A program made the position numbers and the translations under genes. Below, piece by piece: positions 51,380 through 63,325 of a stretch of DNA of 64,000 nt (the stretch's first letter is position 1; the number at the start of each line of letters is the position of its first letter). The notes under the pieces were generated by a model that saw nothing but the letters and a program-made list of their open reading frames with translations, had not been told where the DNA came from and did no database searches. Source of the stretch: Chiloscyllium plagiosum (taxonomy: Eukaryota); NCBI RefSeq assembly GCF_004010195.1, contig NW_025215381.1, forward strand, positions 536,710 through 600,709, written 5' to 3'.

Positions 51380-52960
51380 CATTCAAAGGCCATTTGGTTA
51401 ATCTGATTACACCCTCAGCTCTACTTCCCCACCAACCCTTTCACTCCCTTTTATTCAAGCACTTAACTCAACATTACTATTATTCAATGATCCAGCTGCT
51501 CAGCTCTTTGGAGAAATGAATTCCACAAATAACAACCCTCAAAAAAGATTTTACCTTAAATGGGACACCCCTTATTTTTAAAACTGCCTCACCTGATTAT
51601 AGTCTCTTCCATAAGATGCAACATCCCTCAATGTCCACCATATCAAATTTGTTCAAGATCCTCTATGTTCAAGTAAGATCACCTTTGATTCTTTTAAACT
51701 TGAAATGGATACAGGGTTGACCTCTACTGAAAAGAGGGCTCCTTCATCCAAGGAAATCAGTCAAGTGAATCTTCTCTGAACTGCTTTTCATTGGTGAAAC
51801 TTCATCTGAGGTACTGCAATTGACAATCCTAGGTCATGACGACAGATAACCCCTCTGCGCCTCCAGGACCAATAAAATGAATTTTCTCTGCATGCTTCTA
51901 ACCTATTATAACCTTAAGGAGACCAAAACTACATATTACTCCAGACGTGGTCTCACCAACACCCTGTATACCTGCAGAAAATATTCGCTGCTAAATATTT
52001 CATTCCTCTCACCAACATTCAATTTGCCTTTCTCATCACTTGCTGCACTTGCATACTCATTTCTTGTGATTCATGGATTTGTGTACCAGAACATCGAGAT
52101 CCTTAGGTGCACAATCTATATTTGCATAAATAGTTTTACTCTTCTCTTCTTTCCAGCAAAGTGGACAAACTCTCATTATCCCACCTTCTATTACATCTGG
52201 CCACTCACTCAATGTATTATATCCTCTTTGCAGAGGCTTCATTTCCTCTTCACAACTATCTTGAGTCAACAAAAAATCTAGGAGCCATTCATTTGGTCCC
52301 TTCTTCCAAGTCCTTGCTGTGGATTATAAACGGTTGCTGCCCCAGCACTCAACCCTATGGAACTCGACTATCAGCCTGTCAAATTGAAAGTTATCCATGT
52401 ATACCTACTCTTCATTTCCTGATGGCTAACTAATCCTCTACCCATGCTGTGTTAGTAGTCTTTAACGTGGCACTTTGTCAAGTGGCGTTTTGGAAATACA
52501 AGTACACCAAAGCTACAAGGTCCACTTTAGCCACCTTGCCTGTACCACTTCATAATAATTCTATTAATTGTTTCAAATATGAAAACCCTCCCACAAATCC
52601 AGCTGAATCTGCCTGACCACATTAAGATGTGAGAAGTAAACTGCTATGCCCACCTTTGTAATAGATCTCAGCCTTACCTATAACAAATGTTAAGCTGAAA
52701 ACCCTGTTGTTTCCCGCTTTCTGTCATTCGCCATTTTTGAATTAAGGAGCTACTTTTCTTATTTTCCAATCCAGTAGGCTATCCAGGAAACTTTGGAATA
52801 TGACAATTATGGATCTGCTATCTTGCAGACCCTAATTTTAAGGCTCCCAAGACAGAGACCAAATTTTGCATATTTATCAGCCTTTACTTCCCATAGTTTT
52901 CTCAGTACCTTTTCCCTTGCAAGTGTAATCATTTTAAGTTCCTGTCTCACTCTTACACCT
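51380..52960 (-). mobile_element. Old decayed CR1 fragment
   Basis: Remnants YRVLVRPRLE (51940-51970), GIHG*LSI, LDFQ...FDKVPR-like sequence at 52460-52500. Confidence 0.65.
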
Positions 52961-54169
52961 TGATTTAAAATTATTTCTCAAATGTCACTAGTGTTTTCTA
53001 TAAAGACTCAAAATATCAGTTTCTTCACTCAGAAGCGATATTATTTCCTCAGGAGTGCAACTAAAGCTCACCAGGCCTGTTCCCAGGACAGCAGGACCAT
53101 CCTCTGAAGAGAGATTAAATAAACTAGAGCTGCATTCTCTACAGTTTCAAAGAATGAGAGGTTCTCACATTGAACCCTGTGAAACACTTTAAAGGGACAG
53201 ACAAGGTATGTGCAGAGAAGACATCCCCTGAGTGGGGAGTATAGAACCAAGAGCAAAATTTAAGAATAAACGGAGTGCCACTTAGGCCCAAGATGAGAAG
53301 AACTTTTATTCAGAGGGTTGGGAATTCTCTATGTGGAAACTTAGTCTTTGAGTACATTTAAGTTAGAGATTGATAGATAACTGACTACCAGTAATCCAGT
53401 GGCATACAGATATTACTCAGATTGGGTTGGCTAAAAGGTATTGAAGTGTTCGATTGCCTTAATTGTATTGAAAAGTAGGCTGGACTTGACAAGCTGAAAG
53501 TTTTATTTAAACACTTTCACCATTGCCTAATATTCCTGACATTAGCTCCCCAGGCTCTCCTGAAATCCAATGTTCACTTCAATTACCCTTTCCAAACAAC
53601 TTTCTCTCAAATTCTAATTCATCCATTCTTGTTAAATTTAGTAATCATTCCGCGCTGGCTTTGAAACTTTGTATAGTCTTCAGACCTACCACCAAACTTT
53701 ACAGTTGACAGATCCTTAACCTCTTCAACTCGGCACAGGTAATGCTTCCATCTCATTGTCTCTTTCTCTGGAAAGACCTTAAGGGAATATCTTAAAGGAG
53801 GAAGTGGGGGGGCAGGGAGCTTCTCAGGGCGCATTCTGAAACACTAGTTCATTGAAGACAGCTTATGAATTTAGTGCCAGATGTGTCTGTTTTTGATATA
53901 TTTAGATCTGAGACATGGAAGGTGGACAAATTTCTGTTGCAAAAACAAATCAAGATGACACAACAGCTAACTTTGCTACATAGATTTTAATGTCAGACTG
54001 TTCAAATGCTGGTTTATACAAAGCTGCAAAAATTAGCTGGTAGTCACTTAATAATTGCCCAATTTGCACTCACCAGGAGGGTTTCCAGTATCAGAATATC
54101 ATTGCAGTGTTCCAGATTATTATTTCCAGTGTTATTACCCTTATTCACCAATAGCAACATATTCTGCAA

Positions 54170-54535
54170 TTTTTGAAAAGATTTGTAGCTCAGGTTCAGG
54201 TTCGGCTTGTAAGTTTGAGCTGGCAGGTTTGTTTTTCAGACGTTTCGTCACCATGCTCGATAACATCATCAGTGAGCCCCCAGTGATGTGCTGGTGTTCT
54301 GCCCCACTTTCTATTTGTGTGTCTTGGTCCCTTAAGGTGCATATCATTTTTGGTTCTTTTTCTCAGAAGTTGGTAAATAGGGTCCAAAACGATGTGTTTA
54401 TTGAGAGAGTTTGGTTTGAAAGCCAGGCCTCTAGGAATTCTTGTGTCTCTCTGTTTTGCCTGTCCTCAGAAGGATGTGTCCTTCTTCGTCTGTATGTATG
54501 TGGATACTAGTGGTAGTGGATCATGTCTTTTGGTA
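54170..54535 (-). mobile_element. PLE family B 3' end with terminal repeat
   Basis: Reverse complement of the GIY-YIG C-terminus (..EFLEAW...SLNKHI.LDPIY) and terminus, homologous to 58790-59040. Confidence 0.88.
54236..54275 (-). ncRNA. Minimal type-I hammerhead ribozyme motif (PLE family B), intact core
   Basis: UCA-CUGAUGA-U-GUUAUC-gagcau-GGUGAC-GAAA-CG-UC^-UGA: stem I UCA/UGA, 6-bp stem II, palindromic ACGU in place of stem III, GUC cleavage triplet. Confidence 0.8.
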
Positions 54536-54559
54536 CCTATACATACCTATACAGCGTAT

Positions 54560-55340
54560 TCAAGAAGAATGGCTCACCTTCCACCCTACCAACCTTCACA
54601 TAAACCAAATCATCCGCCGACATTTCCGCCACCTCCAAACAGACCCCACCACCAGGGATATATTTCCCTCCCACCCCTCTCCGCCTTCCGCAAAGACCGT
54701 TCCCTCCGTGACTACCTGGTCAGGTCCACGCCCCCCCNNNNNNNNNNNNNNNNNNNNNNNNNNNNNNNNNNNNNNNNNNNNNNNNNNNNNNNNNNNNNNN
54801 NNNNNNNNNNNNNNNNNNNNNNNNNNNNNNNNNNNNNNNNNNNNNNNNNNNNNNNNNNNNNNNNNNNNNNNNNNNNNNNNNNNNNNNNNNNNNNNNNNNN
54901 NNNNNNNNNNNNNNNNNNNNNNNNNNNNNNNNNNNNNNNNNNNNNNNNNNNNNNNNNNNNNNNNNNNNNNNNNNNNNNNNNNNNNNNNNNNNNNNNNNNN
55001 NNNNNNNNNNNNNNNNNNNNNNNNNNNNNNNNNNNNAGGTGGGCGGGAGTCCTGATTGTGAAAGTAAGCTTGGAGGCGGAGGCGACGGAAGAATTGTTCG
55101 ATGTCACGGCGTGTATATCTCCTTCCCCACTGACCTATTGTACTCTATGCTACTCTCTCCCCACCCCCCCCCTCCTCTAGCTTATCTCTCCATGCTTCAG
55201 GCTCTCTGCCTTTATTCCTGATGAAGGGCTTTTGCCCGAAACGTCGATTTTGCCTGTCCTCGGATGCTGCCTGAATTGCTGTGCTCTTCCAGCACCACTG
55301 ATCCAGAATCTGGTTTCCAGCATCTGCAGTCATTGTTTTT
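54560..55340 (+). mobile_element. PLE family A 3' region spanning an assembly gap
   Basis: LTFHPTNLHINQIIRRHFRHLQTDPTTRDIFPS; LSAFRKDRSLRDYLVRS; terminal repeat at 55150-55340. Confidence 0.85.
55214..55249 (+). ncRNA. Minimal type-I hammerhead ribozyme motif (PLE family A), intact core
   Basis: AUUC-CUGAUGA-A-GGGC-uuuu-GCCC-GAAA-CG-UC^-GAUU; stem I is weak (one U.U mismatch). Confidence 0.72.
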
Positions 55341-56010
55341 ACCCAATAAACACAGTCCACCAATTCTTAAACAACAAACCCAAACAAGTAAACACAACAC
55401 GCCCAGAAACTCTAGCCACACTACCATACATCAAAGAGATTTCTGAGATGACTACCAGACTACTCAGACCCCTTGGCATCATGGTAACCCACAAACCTGC
55501 TAACGCACTGAAACAGCTACTAATGAACCTAAAGGACTATACCAACAACCAGTAAAACGAATGTAATTTACAAAATACCATGCAAGGACTGTAACAAACA
55601 CTACATCGGAAAGACAGGCAGAGAAGTAGCCACCAAAAGACATGACCCACTATCACTCATATCCTTACATACAGATGAAGGACGCGACTTCAACTGGTCA
55701 ACACATCCAACCAAGGACAGGCGAAACAGAGACACGCATGAGAATTCCTAGAGTCCTGCCACTCAAACCAGAACTCCATCAATAAACACATCAATTTGTA
55801 CCCATTTACCAACCATTTAACATGAGAAAAAGAACTGGAAATGATATCACCCAGCTTAGAGACACCAAAACACAAATAGGAGCAGGTCAGAACACCAGCA
55901 CTTCGCCAGAGGCTCACTGTTAAATACTACCTAACATGGTGATGAAACATCTGAAAACAAATCTGCCAGCTCAGGGAGCAAACTTACAACCCGAACCTGA
56001 ACTACAAATC
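55341..56010 (+). mobile_element. PLE family B 3' half (GIY-YIG + terminus)
   Basis: TLPYIKEISEMTTRLLRPLGI, NVIYKIPCKDCNKHYIGKTGR; decayed hammerhead at 55914-55953. Confidence 0.9.
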
Positions 56011-56119
56011 TTCTCAATATCGCAAATACCTATGGATGCAATATGCTAAATCTAGCTGAAAGATGGGAAACCAAAGCCATCTGACTGAGCGCCACCCACG
56101 AACAACTGTACTTGATGAG

Positions 56120-56830
56120 TTTTGAGAAGATTTGTAGCTCAGGTGCAGGTTCTGGATCTAAGTTTGCTTGCTGAGCTGGCAGATTTGTTTTCAGATGTTT
56201 CATCACCATACAAGGCAACATCATCAATAAGCCTCCAGTGAAGCTCTGCTGTTATGTCCTGCTTTCTATTTGGATGGTAGATGGGGTCCAAATCGATGTG
56301 TTTGTTGATAGTGTTCAGATTAGAATACCATGCTTCTAGGAATTCTCATCCATTTCTCTGTTTGGCTTGTCCAAGGATGGATGTGTTGTCCCAGTTGAAG
56401 TGGTGCCCTTCTTCATCTGTATGTAAGAATACTAGTGATAGTGTCGTGACTTTTTGTTGCTAGTTGATATATCCTGGTGGCTAGCTTTCTGCCTGTTTGT
56501 CCAATGTAGTGTTTGTTTTTGCAAGGTATTTTGTAAATGACGTTTGTCTTGCTTGTTGTCTGTACTGGGTCATTTAAGTTTTAGTGTGTTGGTAGGTTTG
56601 TGGGCTACCATGACGACAAGAGGCCTGAGTGGTCTGGCAGACATTTCCAAGATGATGTCGGGGAGAGTAGCTAGGGTTTCTGAGCGCGTTTGTCAGCTTG
56701 TTTGGGTTTGTTGCTGAGAAATCAGTGGATTGCATTCATTGGGTACCCATTCTTTTTGAACACACTTGTATAGGTAATTTTCCTCTGTGCTGCAGTATGT
56801 AGTGGCTCATTGAAATAATGTGGCAATTCC
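56120..56830 (-). mobile_element. PLE family B 3' half, inverted
   Basis: Reverse complement of the GIY-YIG region (HYIGQTGRKLATRI) and terminus; decayed hammerhead at 56190-56228. Confidence 0.88.
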
Positions 56831-59040
56831 GCACCAAAAAACTTTACTCACTAATACAACAGACCATGAATGGTCAGACACAGTACGACAAGGCACAGAC
56901 ATTAGACTGCGACAAACACAGAAAAGAGAACAACTGCACCTGCAGAAAAAAACTAGACAAACTCACAAAATAACAATACACACAACACAGAAGCATGGAT
57001 TTTAAAAAAAACTTATCTAACAAGCACTGAAAAAGCCAATTTCCAGAATGCAGACAAGAAAGATTTCTTAGCAGCATTAGAAACAACACAAAGACAACAA
57101 ACTCAGAAACCCATCAAACTATCAGGCAGACAATTGCACCAACATTAAGCAGGAAAAAGGAAGGAAACACACACAATACACAAGAAAGGAAAGCACTAGA
57201 AGGACTCAACAAAAAAATTAAAATATTGTTATCCTACCTGCAGACAAAGGACGCTCGACAGTCATTTTAAACCAAACAGACTACATTGCTTGCAGACACT
57301 GACACTTACCAACAGGTGGCAATAAACCCGACCCCACAATAAGAGAACCGAATCACGGCCTTACTCAAAAAAAATCAGAAATTTGAAGAATTAAACAAAA
57401 ACTGAAACCAAGCAGATCCAACATGACCTGCTTCTATGGATTTCCCAAAATCCATAAACCAGGAGACCTCCTCAGATCCATAGTCTTGCTGCCTAGAACA
57501 CCAATGTACAGGTTAGCCAAGGAACTACACCAAAGACTACAACACTGAGAAGACTCATGCCACTGCATTCACTCCACCCAAGAATTCCTGAACACCAAAG
57601 ACACCAGGATAGAAGAGGATGAAGTAACGGTCTCCTTTTCCGTACCAGCTCTGTTCACATCCATCAATGTCAACCTGGCCAAAGACACAATGACTACATT
57701 ATTAGAAGAACCAAAGACACATACATCAAACACCATCTTCATCAACAAGGACAACATTGTCAAGCTAGTGGACCTATGCCTTACCACCCACTTCACTTTC
57801 AGCAACAAAACCTACAGTCAAAGCAATGGAACACCCATGGGATCTCTGATATCAGGGTTCTTAGCAGAGGCAGTAATGCAGAGACTCAAACAAACAGCTC
57901 TGTCAACCATCCAACTCCAACTTTGGGTCCGCTACACAGATAACACCTTTGTCATCACTAAACAAGTTAGAGGAAACCTTTAAGACCACCAATAATATTC
58001 TTACTGGCATAAAATTCACAAAAGGGGAGGAAAACAACAACAAACTACCATACCTAGATGTCACAATAGAGCGAACAGTCAATGGGGAACTTCAAACCAG
58101 CGTCTACAGCAAAATACATATGGACCAAATACTGAACTACAGAAGCAATCGTCCCAATATCCACAAACGAAGCCACATTAGAACATTATTTCAACGAACC
58201 ACCACACACTGCAGCACAGAGGAATTATGAAGAGCACAGGAAAATCACTATACAGCTTATTCAAGAAGAAAAAGGATACCCAATGAACACAATCCACCGA
58301 TTTCTCAGCAACAAACCCAAACAAGCAGACAAAACATGTCTAGGAACCCTACCCACTCTTCCCTACATCAAAGACATCTCGGAAATGACTGCTAGACTAC
58401 TCGGACCACTTGGGGTCATGGTAGCCCACAAACCTACCCACACACTAAAACAGCAGCTAATCAAAGACATCTCGGAAATGACTGCTATACTACTCAGACC
58501 ACTTGGGGTCATGGTAGCCCACAAACCTACCCACACACTAAAACAGCAGCTAATGAACTTAAAAGACCCAATATGTACAAGCAAAATTAACATTTACAAA
58601 ATATCTTGCATGAACGTAACAAAAACAACATTGGACAAACAGGCAGAAAACTAGCCACCAGGATACATGAACATCAATTAGTCACAAAAAGATATGACCC
58701 ACAATCACTAATATCCTTACATACAGATGACGAAGGACAGCACTTCGTCTGGGACAACACATCCATCCTTGGACAAGCCAAACAGAGACACAGGCGAGAA
58801 TTCCTAGAAGCATGGCATTCCAACCGAAATTCTATCATCAAACACATTGATTTGGATCCCATCTACCACCCCTGATAAAAAGAACACGAAATGACATCAC
58901 CAACCTAAGGGAACCTGAATACAAATAGAAAGCAGGACATAACACCAACACTTCACCAGTGATATATTGATGATGTTATCTAGTATGATGATGAAACATC
59001 TGAAAACAAACCTTCCAGCTCAGCGTGCAAACTTACATCC
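56830..59040 (+). mobile_element. Near full-length decayed Penelope-like element family B (RT + GIY-YIG)
   Basis: ILPADKG, FYGFPKIHKPG.LR.IV, Q.NGTPMGSLISG, WVRYTDNTF, LPYLDV, IGQTGRKLATRIHEH; terminus with a decayed hammerhead at 58966-59003. Confidence 0.93.
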
Positions 59041-59549
59041 AACAACTTTATTCCCTACATGAATGCCTCAGGAAACAGGTATTACCAAAATGTCTCAAGT
59101 ACAAACCACCGCTCAACACCCCACAAACCAGAAGAATATTAGAACAGAATGACGGCAGCATGCTGAGACAAATAATCAACAATGTCCACAATCAACTCCA
59201 TAAATACAATCAGGAAATTTCATGCCAAAAAAAACTTTATACATCAAAGTGACTGACCATGAATGGACAAGCACACTAGAATGGGCTTTCAGCATCAAAC
59301 AGCAGACCAGGAGAAAAAAACTCTCCCTACAAGACAAACTGGACAAGCTCACACAAAACAACAACATAGACAATTCAGAAGCTTGGGTTAAAAACCTACT
59401 GGGACCTATCACTAACAGATATGGAAAAGGCCACCCTACTAAGAGAGATGAACTACAACTACAGAGACATGAACAAAAAGGACTTCTTAGCAGCATTAGA
59501 ATCAACCCTGAAAGACAACAGACTCTCAGAAAAAACACAGCAGACCGTT

Positions 59550-59874
59550 TGATTAGATGAGATGAGATTCCTAAAAGTGTGGAAACAGGCCCTTCGGCCC
59601 AACAAGTCTACACCAACCTTCCAAAGAGTAACCCACCCAGATCCATTTCCCTCTGACTAATGCACCTAACGTTATGGGCAATTTAGCATGGCCAATTCAC
59701 CTGACCTGCACATCTTTGGACTGTGGGAGGAAACCAGAGCAGCTGGAGGAAACCCACGCAGACAGGGGGAGAATGTGCAAACTCCACACAGACAGTCGCC
59801 TGAGGCTAGAATCAAACCCAGGTACATGGCGCTGTGAGGCAGCAGTGCCAACCATTGAGCCACCGTGCCGCCCC
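59550..59874 (-). mobile_element. HE1-type SINE
   Basis: Full head-to-tail copy nested in the PLE. Confidence 0.92.
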
Positions 59875-60014
59875 TTGCACCAACAGTAAGCAGGAAAGAG
59901 GAAGGGAACCCCTCAACACACAGGAAAGGCAAGTCCGAGAAGGACTCAAAAGACTGAAAATTTGTAATCCTACCTGCAGGAAAAGGGTACATGATCATCA
60001 CCCTAAACAGAACA

Positions 60015-60169
60015 CAGAACCTCTCGATTATCCAGCATTCAATTATCCGAATTTCGGATTATCCTGCAAGATCACACGGTCTGATGCTTGGTGAAACTGT
60101 TATCCAGTATTCGATTAACCAAACAAAATACTTCCCACCCGTGTCCTTTGGATAATCAAGGTTCTTCTG
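60015..60169. mobile_element. MITE (Tc1/mariner-pogo type)
   Basis: TIRs cagaacctctcgattatcc / ggataatcaaggttcttctg followed by TA; interrupts the PLE reading LNRT.YIEK. Confidence 0.75.
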
Positions 60170-60465
60170 TACATTGAAAAGATGAACAGATATCAACACT
60201 TCCCAACAGGTGGCGATAGACCCGGCTCCACAGTTAGAAAACCATATCACAGCCGCATTGAAGCATCTTCATAAATCAGGACGAATTAACAAGACAGTTC
60301 TCCAGAAAAAAGGAAACCTGATGGATCCAACATACACCGCTTCTACAGATTACCTAACGTACACAAACCAAGCCCTCCTCAGACCCACAGTCTCACTCCC
60401 TGGCACACCAACATATAGGAACGCCACCGAAAACTGAAGTACCCAGTGGAAGACTCATTCAACTC

Positions 60466-61050
60466 AAAAGAACAAAAGAACAAAAAGAATAAAGAAAATT
60501 ATATCAAGGAATAGGCCCTTCGAGTCTACAAGCCTGCATTGATCCAGATCCTCTATCTAAACCTGTCGCCTATTTTCTAAGCATCTGTATCCCTCTGCTC
60601 CCTGCCCATTCATGTAACTGTCCAGATACATCTTAAGTGACACTATCGTGCCTGCCTCTACCACCTCTGCTGGTAACGTGTTCCAGACACCCACCATCCT
60701 CTGTGTAAAAGAACTTTCTATGAATATCTCTCTTAAACTTTTCCCCTCTCACCTTGAACTCGTGACCCCTAGTAATGGAGTCCCCCACTCTGGGGGGAAA
60801 AGCTTCTTGATATCCACCCTGTCTAGATCTCTCATGATTTTGTAGACTTCAAATCACGTACCCCCACCACCTCAGTCTTTCTAATTAAAATAATCCTAAT
60901 CTACTCAGCCTCTCCTCATAGCTATGCGCCCTCCATACCAGACAATATCCTTGTGAACCTCCTCTCACCCTCTCCAAATCATCTACACCCTTTTGGTAAT
61001 GTGGCGACAAGAAAATGTATGCAGTATTCCAAATGTGGTCAAACCAAAGT
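60466..61050 (-). mobile_element. CR1 3' fragment nested in the PLE
   Basis: PHLEY, SYEERLSRLGLF, FTQRMVGVWNTLP on the minus strand; (ttctttg)n tail. Confidence 0.88.
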
Positions 61051-62669
61051 CCAAACTCCATTGAGGAATTCCTGAACATCAAAGACACCAAGATGGAAGA
61101 GGACAAAATCACGGTCTCCTTTGATGTAACAGTCCTATTCACATCAACTTAATATCAACCTGGCCAAAGCAGCACTGACCGCACTACTAGACGAACCAAA
61201 GAGACAAACACCAGACAGCACCAACTTCATCAGCAAGGACGTCAAGCTCCTCAAGCTGTGCCTCATTACCCACTTCACCTTCAATGACAAGACCTGCACA
61301 TAAATCAACAGAATACCCATAGAATCACCAATATCAGGCTTCTCAGCAGAAGCAGCAATGCAGAGACTCGAACAAACAGCCCTCCCCACAATCCAACCCA
61401 AACTTTGGGTCCGTTACATGGATGACACCTTTTTCCATCACCAAACGGAACAAATTAGAAGAAATCTACAACATCATCAACAACATTCTTCCTAACATAA
61501 ATTTCACAGATGTGGAGAACAACAGCGGGATGAACAGTAAATGGAGAATTGCAGACCAGCATCCACAAGAAAGCAACACACACAGACCAGATACTTAACT
61601 ACAAAAGCAATCATCCCAACACCCACTAATGGAGCTGCATCAGGACATTATTTAAACAGGCGACAGCACACTGCAGTACTCAGCAACTCCGAGCAGCAGA
61701 AGAAAAATACCGATACAACGGATTCAAGAACAACAGATACCCGATAAACACAGTCCGCCAATTCTTAAACAACAAACCCGAACAAGGAACCTCAACATGC
61801 CCAGAAACTCTAGCCACAACTACCTTACAAACATCTCGGAGATGACCACCAGACTACTCACCACTTCGACTGGGATAACATACATGCTGGGACAGACAAA
61901 CAGAGATATGCACAGGAATTCCTACAGGCCTGGTATTCAAACCAGAACTCCATCAATAAACACATCGATTTGGACCCCATTTACCAACCTCTGAGAAAAA
62001 TAATCAAAAATGATATCATCCATCGTGAGACCAAGACACATAAATAGAAAGCAGGCCAGAACACCAGGACTTCACCGGGGGCTCACTGATATTGTTACCT
62101 GGCATGTCTGAAAAACAAACCTGCCAGCTCAGTGAGAAAACTTACAACCTGAGTAACATATTCTATTTAGGAGCTTAGAAGCCTGGCAATTCTTAAATTT
62201 CAGTGAAGGAGAAATGAATGCAGACTTCATAACATCTCTAAGACACGAGTGTGTGTGCAGATTCAACAGGTTAATGTATTCACAGAAACAGAACCCTGAG
62301 ATGTGGAAAAGTCTCAAGTTTGATCCATTACAAGTTGGCCAATCTGCCAAACCAGTGAATCAATAAAGTGAGAGCAAAAGCATATGAAGTTGGTGTGTAT
62401 TGATGAGGGCTGAAGGAACTGCGACATCCCTTCTTATGGCTTTAGTCCACAGCAAGGCAAATGATTTGCCATGGTGCAATATTCAAGAAAATTCCGAAGA
62501 CTAACAGCCCTCAGATTAAATTCAAGAAGAGTTTTAGTGAGGTGATCATACCTAAGGTGCAGCCAGTGAGCAGCTGGATGACACCTGGAAAGGCAAAAGA
62601 AGGCAGCAGAGTGTGCAGGGAGTTCCTTTGGCCTATCACCTTGAAAACAAGGGTGACTCATGAGGGAGT

Positions 62670-62802
62670 CAATCATAGAGATGTACAGCACGGAAACAGA
62701 CCCTTCGATCCAACCCGTCCATGCCGACCAGATATCCCAACCCAATCTAGTCCCACCTGCCAGCACCCGTCCCATATCCCTCCAAACCCTTCCTATTCAT
62801 AT
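62670..62802 (-). mobile_element. CR1 3' tail fragment
   Basis: Reverse complement of the 23430-23560 tail. Confidence 0.85.
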
Positions 62803-62892
62803 GAGGTAATGACTGCAGATGCTGGAAACCAGATTCTGGATTAGTGGTGCTGGAAGAGGACAGCAGTTCAGGCAGCATCCAAGGAGCTTTGA

Positions 62893-62928
62893 AATCGACG
62901 TTTCGGGCAAAAGCCCTTCATCAGGAAT
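62893..62928 (-). ncRNA. Minimal hammerhead motif (PLE family A) within terminal repeat 62806-62988
   Basis: Reverse complement identical to the 55214-55249 core: attcctgatgaagggcttttgcccgaaacgtcgatt. Confidence 0.72.
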
Positions 62929-63325
62929 AAAGGCAGTAAGCCTGAAGCATGGAGAGATAAGCTAGAGGAGGGTGGGGGTGGGGAGAGCTACTTTCTGTTC
63001 TCTGTTCGACTGGGACAACACTACTATCACAGATTCATAAGCACATCAACCTGGACCCAATATACCGACCACTGCAACGGACAGCTGGAACTGACAAGAC
63101 AACGCGGCAGATACAAACCACTACAAATGCTGGAGGAAACATCNNNNNNNNNNNNNNNNNNNNNNNNNNNNNNNNNNNNNNNNNNNNNNNNNNNNNNNNN
63201 NNNNNNNNNNNNNNNNNNNNNNNNNNNNNNNNNNNNNNNNNNNNNNNNNNNNNNNNNNNNNNNNNNNNNNNNNNNNNNNNNNNNNNNNNNNNNNNNNNNN
63301 NNNNNNNNNNNNNNNNNNNNNNNNN

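Larger units (their letters stand above)
59041..62152 (+). mobile_element. Second tandem PLE family B copy, interrupted by a SINE, a MITE and a CR1
   Basis: N-terminal region at 59041-59545; RT WVRYMDDTF at 61405-61432; terminus at 62040-62152. Confidence 0.88.

Noticed and set aside
54392..55180. Long ORFs of 131-262 aa (also 63035-63472)
   Set aside because: Artefacts of translating through N gaps.
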